From Myxococcota bacterium (lineage in GTDB: Bacteria; Myxococcota; SpSt-1050), in the NCBI GenBank assembly GCA_049969675.1, contig JBMFOP010000075.1, positions 1 to 14,858 on the forward strand: 14,858 bases of DNA, written 5' to 3'. Position numbers and translations under genes: made by a program. This document shows, one piece after another, positions 7,970-14,858 of this stretch (the first letter of the stretch is position 1; each line of letters opens with the position of its first letter). A model generated the notes under the pieces. It did no database searches, was not told where the DNA came from, and worked only from the letters and a program-made list of their open reading frames with translations.

Positions 7970-8569
7970 ATGGGAATATACAACAGAAAGGATTATTTTT
8001 ATAAAAAGGCTAAGGCAGAGGGATATAGGTCAAGGGCAGCATATAAGTTGATTGAACTCAATAGACGATATACCTTAATTAGAAAAGGGGATTTTGTAGC
8101 AGACCTTGGATGTGCACCGGGTGGTTTTTTGCAGGTGGCGGCGGAGATAGTGGGTGAAGAGGGGATTGTGGTAGGTGTAGATTTGAGCCCTGTTCTGCCA
8201 TTGGGCAGAAATATCTTTATAATCACCGGAGATTTTACAGAGAAGTCAGTCCAGGATAAGATGCTCTCATTAGCAAAAGGAAGACAGTTTGGTGTACTCC
8301 TCTCGGATATGGCGCCAAAGACCTCCGGAATTCAGTTTAGAGATACCTATTTGTCTTTTCAACTTGCCGAGGCGGCATTCAATTCAACGGCAAAATTACT
8401 TAGAAAGGGCGGTAATATATTGATAAAGGTCTTTGAGAGTGAGGATGTAAAGGGAATGGTCTCAAGAATGAAAGAGATTTTTGGAATGGTGCACTTAAAT
8501 CGCCCTGATTCTACTCGCAAAGGTTCAAAGGAGATCTATATTATTGGGAAGAATTATCTTGGGGTCTAA
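7970..8569 (+). CDS. rlmE: 23S rRNA Um2552 2'-O-methyltransferase RlmE (FtsJ/RrmJ)
   Basis: GYRSRAAYKL, DLGCAPGG, GVDL, GDF, SDMAP, IKVF and STRKGSKEIY, with the K-D-K-E tetrad intact. Confidence 0.95.
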   Translation: MGIYNRKDYFYKKAKAEGYRSRAAYKLIELNRRYTLIRKGDFVADLGCAPGGFLQVAAEIVGEEGIVVGVDLSPVLPLGRNIFIITGDFTEKSVQDKMLSLAKGRQFGVLLSDMAPKTSGIQFRDTYLSFQLAEAAFNSTAKLLRKGGNILIKVFESEDVKGMVSRMKEIFGMVHLNRPDSTRKGSKEIYIIGKNYLGV

Positions 8570-9312
8570 AAGAATCTTATCCTCAATCTATAAGAGCCTA
8601 TATCAATGTAATCATCTTTTTTTAATATTCTTTCAGAGACCTTTACACCATTTACATAGACAGCAGGGAAACTTTTGAGGGCAATCAGTTTGATATTTTC
8701 ACCATCATATTCTATCTTGGCGTGTCTGGAGGCGATGAGTAATCCGTTAATTCTTACTTTGCATTCCGGTGCTTTGCCTATATAAATAATCTCGTCAGAT
8801 ATATTTATCTTCTCTTTTGTGTCCGCGAATTCAATATATGCGATTGGTTTTATCTCTTTCTTCCCTTTTCCATCTGTCCTGGGTTGATTATACTTTATAA
8901 CGAGAGTCCTGTCAAACCTGATACTCTCATCTATCTTTCCCCTCCAGCCATTTGAAGATTCTTCATCCTCTTCAAGGAGCTTCTTGAAATCTATAGAATA
9001 TGCCGGGTGCGCATCTTTTACCTGTGAGGATTCAAAAAATATTATCTTATACTTACCTATTACAAGTTCTATTCCCTGATTTAGTTGAACAAGTGAGACC
9101 TTTGAGCTGTTCAGGTATGTCCCATTTGTGGAACAGAGGTCTTCATAAAACCATTTCCCATTCTTTCTGAATATCCTTCCGTGCTTTCTGGATACAGCAA
9201 GATTTGGTATAAATATATCCGATTCAGGCGACCTACCGAGAATGACGGTATCTTTGTCAATATTATGACTGCTTATCTCTCTAGCTCCAAGTAGGATCTT
9301 TATGCTACTCAT
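8566..9312 (-). CDS. Tandem FHA-domain protein
   Basis: FHA1: LGRSPESDI...VSRKHG...DLCSTNGT. FHA2: IGKAPECKV...ASRHAKI...VYVNG...DDYIDIG. Confidence 0.9.
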   Translation of the reverse strand: MSSIKILLGAREISSHNIDKDTVILGRSPESDIFIPNLAVSRKHGRIFRKNGKWFYEDLCSTNGTYLNSSKVSLVQLNQGIELVIGKYKIIFFESSQVKDAHPAYSIDFKKLLEEDEESSNGWRGKIDESIRFDRTLVIKYNQPRTDGKGKKEIKPIAYIEFADTKEKINISDEIIYIGKAPECKVRINGLLIASRHAKIEYDGENIKLIALKSFPAVYVNGVKVSERILKKDDYIDIGSYRLRIRFF

Positions 9313-9436
9313 AGTAGGTATTTTTACCTAAGGTAATTAACTTAGTCAAGTAATTTTTTTGTTAATAATAGAACTAACAGGGTTTTAAAAAAATGGATTT
9401 ACCTCCTTATTTTACAAATCCTTAATTTATCAGTTT

Positions 9437-9458
9437 AGATTATTCTGGACAGCAATGT
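9437..9458 (+). repeat. Dispersed repeat, truncated type-1 end (AGATTATTCTGGACAGCAATGT)
   Basis: 20/22 identical to 391-412. Confidence 0.7.
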
Positions 9459-9619
9459 AGTCTTATATAAAGCGTCTTGAATGAAAATGACTCATTGAGA
9501 AATATGACTTATGTGAAGACTTTCTGATTTTACCAAATAGCATCTGGATCTGGTAAAAGCGCATAATATTATCTATTTGTTTTTGGAATGGTTTTTGAAA
9601 TTTTAAGAGAATTTAAAAT

Positions 9620-9657
9620 AAAAAAACCCCGTGAATCAACAGATTCACAGGGCTTTT
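9620..9657 (-). terminator. Rho-independent terminator of the lipoprotein gene (possibly bidirectional)
   Basis: Minus strand GCCCTGTGAATC-TGTT-GATTCACGGGGT followed by a T-run, ~20 nt after the stop at 9677. Confidence 0.85.
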
Positions 9658-9676
9658 AGTAATAAAATCAATTATA

Positions 9677-10072
9677 TTACTTTGCCTTTGCAGGAGCAGG
9701 CTTGAACTTCGGCTTCTTTTCTTCTGCAGGGGCTGCTGGTTTCTTCTCTTCTTTCTTCTCTTCCTTCTTTGCAGCCTCTTTCTTCTCCGGGGCCTTTGTG
9801 TCCTTCTTTGCCTCTTCCTTCTTCTCTTCCTTCTTCGGGCAGGCCTCTAAATCCTTCTTGATCTGCTCATTTTCTGCCTTTAATGCATTGAGCTGATTGG
9901 TGAGTTCATCTCTTGCCTTGGTGAGCTCAGCCTCTTTTGCTTTGAGACTGTCTCTCTCCTGGGTAAGAGAGCTTACCTGTTCATTCAGCTTCTTGAGCTC
10001 TTCCTGATTGCAACCTGCAAAGAAAATGCCCATCAGGAATACTACTACTGCTAATAATACTACTTTTTTCAT
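9677..10072 (-). CDS. Small coiled-coil lipoprotein with K/E/A/P-rich tail
   Basis: MKK + hydrophobic stretch + lipobox FAGC, heptad coiled coil, KKEEKKEE repeats. RBS AAGGAGGTG and its own terminator. Confidence 0.85.
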   Translation of the reverse strand: MKKVVLLAVVVFLMGIFFAGCNQEELKKLNEQVSSLTQERDSLKAKEAELTKARDELTNQLNALKAENEQIKKDLEACPKKEEKKEEAKKDTKAPEKKEAAKKEEKKEEKKPAAPAEEKKPKFKPAPAKAK

Positions 10073-10296
10073 CTAAACACCTCCTTGGGGTTATTGTTGA
10101 AAACCCAACCTAATTAATTTGGTTGTCTTATCAAGAAATAATAACCGTGTCAATAAAATAAAATTAGGCATATTCTATTTTCAAAGAACCAGCGAATTAT
10201 TAATACTGGTTTTATTGATTGTCAAGAAAATTTTTCTCTCTGCTGGTATTACTCCAAAATATTTTATAACTCTCTTTTATTAATTTTACCATTTTC

Positions 10297-10324
10297 TTGA
10301 CAATGAATATAATAAATGTAAAAT
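10297..10324 (+). promoter_or_regulatory. Putative sigma70 promoter TTGACA-16-TAAAAT
   Basis: Upstream of RBS GGAGG (10352-10356) of the LysM gene. Confidence 0.5.
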
Positions 10325-10362
10325 ACCAAAAAGGTTGAGAAATTTTGATTCGGAGGAATCAA

Positions 10363-11571
10363 ATGAAAAAAATATTTTTAATTTTATTGGCTTCCTTTGT
10401 GGTTGTATTTATATTTGGTGCAGGGGAGAATCCAGCTATCAAAGATGACTCTGCCAGAGAATTGCTTGAGGGAAAGAGCGATAAAGTATCTGAGAAGGCT
10501 GTTATCAGAGAAGAGGGGACAGTCTCTACCTCTTCGCAGGAGAAGTATATAATTCAACCCGGAGATACTTTATGGGATATAAGTGCAAAGCTCTTGAATT
10601 CTCCATGGTATTGGCCGAAGCTCTGGTCCTATAATCCATACATCTCAAATCCTCACTGGATTTATCCGGGAAATGAATTGAAACTAACTCCAGGAGGGGA
10701 AGAGATGCCAGCCCTTGTAGAGAGCTATGAGCCTGTAGAGGAGAAGGAACCAAAGGAGCTTTCAGAGGTGTCAATGGGGACTGTAGAGGGTATGGGTATT
10801 GATGTGCCGGAGGATTTGGAAGGCTCTGTAAGTATGACTGGAAAGATAGTAAGTGCGGCAAATTTTACTTCGTTTATAAGGCGTGATACATTTGTTTCAA
10901 AGAAGGAACTTGAATATGCTGGCAGGATAATCTCATCTTTTGAAGAGAAGAATATGCTCTCAACAAATGATTCGGTCTATCTCAGATTTGCCAATATGCA
11001 GGAGATAAAGGTAGGGGATAGATTTATGATATTTGATAAACCAAAGCCTATAAAACATCCGAAGAATAAGGATGTAATTGTAGGATATGTGATTGAGATA
11101 GTTGGTGGGCTCAAGATTGTAAAAGTGGATGAGGATGTGGCTACTGCCAGAATATTTACTTCTTATTCTGATATTGAAAGAGGGATGTATGTACTCCCCT
11201 GGCAGGAGGATAGTTTGAGAAAGATTAAGGCGAGACCTTCACAGGTGGATTCAAAAGGCTATATTGTATATACTACAGTTGACGACAGAATCATTTCTGG
11301 CGAGCATCACATTGTAGTGATTGACAGAGGTAGAGAGGATGGAATATTTGAGGGCAATGTCTTCTTTGTAGTTAGGAGGGGCGACCAGCTTGATACAAGT
11401 GTGCTTAAATATGATTATGAGTTTGAAGGTAGTATAAAATATCCTGATGAGATTGTGGGCGCAATAATGGTGATTGACGCACGGGATAAGGCATCCACTG
11501 GCTTAATAATCACCTCATTAAGAGAGCTTGTAGTAGGTGATGAGGTGTTGACAAAGGCTGTCTCAAAATAG
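10363..11571 (+). CDS. LysM peptidoglycan-binding protein, TsaP-like (type IV pilus secretin-associated)
   Basis: YIIQPGDTLWDIS...PWYWPKLWSYNPYISNPHWIYPG, then FlgT_C-like beta domains (VIDRGREDG, IVGAIMVI, STGLIITSLRELVVGD). Start revised to ATG 10363 after GGAGG. Confidence 0.8.
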   Translation: MKKIFLILLASFVVVFIFGAGENPAIKDDSARELLEGKSDKVSEKAVIREEGTVSTSSQEKYIIQPGDTLWDISAKLLNSPWYWPKLWSYNPYISNPHWIYPGNELKLTPGGEEMPALVESYEPVEEKEPKELSEVSMGTVEGMGIDVPEDLEGSVSMTGKIVSAANFTSFIRRDTFVSKKELEYAGRIISSFEEKNMLSTNDSVYLRFANMQEIKVGDRFMIFDKPKPIKHPKNKDVIVGYVIEIVGGLKIVKVDEDVATARIFTSYSDIERGMYVLPWQEDSLRKIKARPSQVDSKGYIVYTTVDDRIISGEHHIVVIDRGREDGIFEGNVFFVVRRGDQLDTSVLKYDYEFEGSIKYPDEIVGAIMVIDARDKASTGLIITSLRELVVGDEVLTKAVSK

Positions 11572-11580
11572 GTTCCTGGA

Positions 11581-12699
11581 ATGAAGGCATACAATTTATT
11601 ATTTATTGCATTTTTCTTCCTATTTGCAGTTATTTATATCTGCTGTTCTTCTAATAATGACAACTCTGCCGATGTAATAGGTTCAGATATGGGGAATTTT
11701 GAGGATGTCAGCAATGGAGATATAGATATTACTGATACATCTTCTGATTCAGGATTAAAAGATAAGTACTTTGCTATTAGTTTTGATGAGAGGAAACTGG
11801 CCTTCTTTGACAGAAAGAATCTATCAGATGAGCCATTTTTGATAATCAATGCAGGTGGAGAGATTTCTACTGTTGAGATTATTAGAGAGAATAACATCAT
11901 TGTCTATTCTGACCTAAAAGCTAAAGAGCTTATTCTCTTGAAAGATTTTAAGGAGATCAAGAGAATTTCTAATATTGGTGATTATCCATATTCAATGACC
12001 TATATCCCCAGGATAAAACTTCTAATTATTCCAGATAAGAGTTCAAATAGATTATATATTTACGATATGGATAAGATGGAATTTTCCTCTCTCTCTCCAA
12101 TGACGGCAGGTGGGAATAGCCCAATCTCTCTCTGCTTTGATGACTCACCCCTCACTCAGGGGCTGCAGGTGAGGCTTTTAATTCTCAACTATGGAAGTCT
12201 CAATGTGAGGGCTTATGATATATTTGATAAAGAGAACTGGGCACTTAGACCTGAGAAGCTTCCTACCCTCTCAGAACCACTAAAAATAGCCTGTGATTCG
12301 GTCAATAGAAGGCTGCTCGTTGTAAATTCCGCCTCAAATAATATATCAGCCTTTGAACTTAATGACCTTGTTCAGATTGCAAATTCACCTTTTGAGGCAG
12401 GTAAGAATCCTACCTTTGCGGCGATGCACAGCGGAGCCTCAATTGCGTATGTTACCAATACCAATGATGACAGTCTTACAATATTTTCAACTAAGGAGAT
12501 GAAGGCAAAGGGTGGAATCAGTTTCAAACCACAGGATAGACCCAGCAGGGTATATGTAAATGAATCTGAAAATAGATTGTATGTACTTTTATCAGGGGCA
12601 AAGGCTCTACTTATCTACGATATTGAAGACCCACTTCTGCCAGTGAAACTCGGACAGATAAATTTTGATAGCACGCCAAGAGAGGTGATTTATAGGTAA
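11581..12699 (+). CDS. YncE/YVTN-family beta-propeller, probable lipoprotein
   Basis: Signal peptide ending ICCSS, acidic linker, repeated blades (IGDYPYSMT, AGGNSPISL, AGKNPTFAA...AYVTNTNDDSLTIF, RPSRVYVN). Confidence 0.75.
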   Translation: MKAYNLLFIAFFFLFAVIYICCSSNNDNSADVIGSDMGNFEDVSNGDIDITDTSSDSGLKDKYFAISFDERKLAFFDRKNLSDEPFLIINAGGEISTVEIIRENNIIVYSDLKAKELILLKDFKEIKRISNIGDYPYSMTYIPRIKLLIIPDKSSNRLYIYDMDKMEFSSLSPMTAGGNSPISLCFDDSPLTQGLQVRLLILNYGSLNVRAYDIFDKENWALRPEKLPTLSEPLKIACDSVNRRLLVVNSASNNISAFELNDLVQIANSPFEAGKNPTFAAMHSGASIAYVTNTNDDSLTIFSTKEMKAKGGISFKPQDRPSRVYVNESENRLYVLLSGAKALLIYDIEDPLLPVKLGQINFDSTPREVIYR

Positions 12700-12752
12700 A
12701 CCAGTTATTAGAAAAAAACTTTATATAATCCCCAATCTTTAGACTCTTTAAT

Positions 12753-12950
12753 CATAACTTTTACGCAAAATGCGCGGAAAATTTTTTATGTATTTTGGTT
12801 ATGGCTATGCCGAATTAGGACTATATTCAGACAAAAGACCATTTTTAATCAGGAAGTGATAAATTTTGTAATAATACACCAGGGAAAGATAATTGATAAA
12901 CATCCAGCCTTCAAATGAATAGCAATTCCTCCTATAAATTCTATCAGACT
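12753..12950 (-). mobile_element. Relic of a DDE transposase C-terminus (IS1634/IS4-superfamily-like) with possible terminal repeat
   Basis: Fragment SDRIYRRNCYSFEGWMFINYLSLVYYYKIYHFLIKNGLLSEYSP resembles the C-terminal 'D..Y.....GWMFIN..AL..YY.IY..L....LL..YSP' segment of such transposases (recalled, not searched). CATAACTTTTACGCAAAATGCGCGGAA (12753-12779) may be the end. Confidence 0.6.
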
Positions 12951-13023
12951 CACTGTTATCCAAAATAGATCTGATTTGAGAAGTTAACACCGCTGTCCAG
13001 AATAATCTTATTTGAAAAGTTAA
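12951..13023 (-). repeat. Head-to-tail tandem (37+36 bp) of the type-1 dispersed repeat
   Basis: CACTGTTATCCAAAATAGATCTGATTTGAGAAGTTAA and CACCGCTGTCCAGAATAATCTTATTTGAAAAGTTAA are 30/37 identical. Both match the reverse complement of 380-412. Confidence 0.8.
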
Positions 13024-13515
13024 CTATTTGTAAAATAAGAATTTTTGGCGGGTAAACCCATATTTTCAAAATCAGGTTATCCCAATTCTCTTTTGGGAAA
13101 TTTGAGTTAATCATTACACACCCATATTTGCATTACTTGTTTGAGTAATGATGCAGGAACAGATTCTTTTGCCGTGCAGAAATATATAGTTTTAAATAAA
13201 CTTACAGAGAAGAGATAGACTATAGTCCCATTAGAACAAGGTGGGTTTTTGTACTAAACATTGATATAATAAAACTTCTATTACTAAAATTTTGGAGTGT
13301 TACGGATTAGAATTTTTCTGTTACAGAAAATGTGTCAGTTTTCTTTGGGTTACGAGTAGAAAGTGGGGTGGAGTGCATTTTAATGGATGTTTATATTTGG
13401 GTGAAATATTTGAGATTCAAATGATGATAGAATTTGGGTAATATATAACTGGCGTGTTGGCATATAATAAGGATAGGTAGCAAAATGCTGGATAAGGATT
13501 TATAATAAGTGAATA

Positions 13516-14277
13516 CTATTCTATATTGTCTTCATTTTTCTCGTCCATACTATCTTTCTTCTCTTCAAGTATGGTATCTTTATCAAGTTTAATATTGGCA
13601 GGCCTTGCCTCATCTGGCTTCTGCTCTTTCTGTTCTTTTAGTTCCGGCATCTCGCTCTTTGCACCTTTGCCAAATTCAGTGATGTCTATCTCAAGGTCCG
13701 GGGATTTGAGCTTTGCCATTCCAAATATGGGGACATCTTTTGACATCCAGACAGTAAATGGAAGCTTATCTATTCTAAAATCATAGACTGTTGTGGAGAT
13801 ATTTCTAATAGCCACCTTTAGCGGTTCTTTCTGCTTTTTGACCTTTGCATTTTTCGGTATATCCTGCCCAATCCCCTTTGGCATTTTGGAAATATCCTCT
13901 GGTTTCATCAGAACAGGATTTCTCTTCCCGATGCGAGATATCATCTTCTTTATATTTATTGGATCTCTTGGGTCTCCAGATACAAGCATCTTGGAGAGGA
14001 GCCCATAACCACTGGATTCAAGTCTTGAGAATATCTCAACCCAATAACATCTCTGTGGCTTCTTCTTCTTATCCAGACTCTCTTCACAGGCTGATTCACC
14101 CACTATAGCAATCTTGATTATTTGAACGGAGTCAGAGTCCAGTTCATGAACTCTGTATTCAACATATTCACCTACCACTGGCTTAAACTCACCGAATATG
14201 GTAGGCATCTGGATAATTCCTATTGGCCCCACCTGTGAGTAGATGTTGAGAAGTAATGCAAGCATCATACTGTTCAT
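13516..14277 (-). CDS. Hypothetical, probably exported protein
   Basis: RBS AAGGAG, short hydrophobic N-terminus, beta-rich core (GEYVEYRV, YWVEI, VWMSKDVPIFGMAK) and charged tail. No family recognised with certainty. Confidence 0.75.
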   Translation of the reverse strand: MNSMMLALLLNIYSQVGPIGIIQMPTIFGEFKPVVGEYVEYRVHELDSDSVQIIKIAIVGESACEESLDKKKKPQRCYWVEIFSRLESSGYGLLSKMLVSGDPRDPINIKKMISRIGKRNPVLMKPEDISKMPKGIGQDIPKNAKVKKQKEPLKVAIRNISTTVYDFRIDKLPFTVWMSKDVPIFGMAKLKSPDLEIDITEFGKGAKSEMPELKEQKEQKPDEARPANIKLDKDTILEEKKDSMDEKNEDNIE

Positions 14278-14289
14278 AAAATACTCCTT

Positions 14290-14715
14290 TTAATTTACTG
14301 AAATGATTCTAAGTAAGTTTATACCAAAAATAATATTCTTTATAACCCCCTTTAACTCTATCTTTTTAGTAAGTAACTTCTTTAATATATTAATGCCTCC
14401 CTTATTTATTAAAAATGGATAACCAAAGAGTAATTTTATATTGCTGAGGCCGATGATATCTTCTGAATTTGCTCTGATAATGAAATCGGATTTATGCGAC
14501 TGACCATTGTATATTGATACCCTCCCTCTATCAAATGAGAGAAGGATAGATACCTCTGCATCCGTAGCGACTATTGTCACATCGCCTTTAAGTTTAGAAA
14601 ATATCCTCCTTTTATTCTGACTTGCTGTTATATTCTCACGAATCAGAGAAGAGATTAGCTCTGCAAGCCCAATATCTTCTGCATCTCTATTTATTTCAAT
14701 CTCTATATCTCTCAT
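14290..14715 (-). CDS. SCP2 sterol/lipid-binding-like domain protein
   Basis: SCP2-type pattern (VTIVATD..VSILLSFDRGRVSI...SDFIIRANSEDI...LLTKKIELKG). Confidence 0.6.
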   Translation of the reverse strand: MRDIEIEINRDAEDIGLAELISSLIRENITASQNKRRIFSKLKGDVTIVATDAEVSILLSFDRGRVSIYNGQSHKSDFIIRANSEDIIGLSNIKLLFGYPFLINKGGINILKKLLTKKIELKGVIKNIIFGINLLRIISVN

Positions 14716-14795
14716 AACACTTAAAACAGAGCAATATATTACCTGAATTATCTCTTGTTCACAACAGAAAAGTTATATTTTATTTAATTTATCTA

Positions 14796-14819
14796 ATCTG
14801 TGTCCAGAATAAATTTTTT
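14796..14819 (-). repeat. Dispersed repeat, type-2 end
   Basis: Reverse complement AAAAAATTTATTCTGGACACAGAT versus 342-363 AAAAAATTTATTTTAGACAGAT. Confidence 0.55.
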
Positions 14820-14858
14820 CCTGGCATTAGAGTATCAGATGGAGATAATTATAATTAG

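Noticed and set aside
9720..9840. TTCTTCTCTTCC-type nucleotide repeats
   Set aside because: Explained by the KKEEKKEE low-complexity tail of the lipoprotein.
12805..12990. 61-aa ORF as a functional gene
   Set aside because: No RBS. The N-terminus is read from the repeat and the rest looks like a truncated transposase.
12951..13023. CRISPR array (36-37 bp units with an ATTTGAAAAG end)
   Set aside because: Units abut with no spacer, are diverged, number only two, and no cas genes are present. Other copies are dispersed.
585..14108. Short antisense or alternate-frame ORFs (e.g. 883-1242, 4548-4955, 6947-7279, 10526-10861, 13845-14108)
   Set aside because: They are shadows of well-supported genes, with low-complexity S/L/F composition and no motifs.
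1..14858. tRNA, rRNA, known riboswitch, prophage or defence island
   Set aside because: No cloverleaf, rRNA or riboswitch consensus and no phage or defence genes were recognised by eye.

Overview
AT-rich bacterial chromosomal segment, inferred to come from a diderm, possibly a low-GC Myxococcota/deltaproteobacterium-like lineage. It carries 13 intact CDSs: a CsgG/TolB_N-like + PEGA envelope protein coupled to an orphan NifH/BchL/BchX-family Fe protein; a convergent operon of putative beta-barrel, DUF1858 and recG; a CsgG-like/DUF5683 gene with rlmE; a tandem-FHA protein; a coiled-coil lipoprotein; a TsaP-like LysM protein with a YncE-like propeller; a hypothetical protein; and an SCP2-domain protein. 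Two things stand out. First, the nitrogenase-superfamily reductase has all key motifs intact but no catalytic partner in view, and it sits in an envelope operon. Second, an unannotated ~22-37 bp dispersed repeat family (core TTATTYTRGACAG) occurs in four intergenic regions, including a head-to-tail tandem that abuts a DDE-transposase relic. All calls come from reading motifs by eye; no searches were run.
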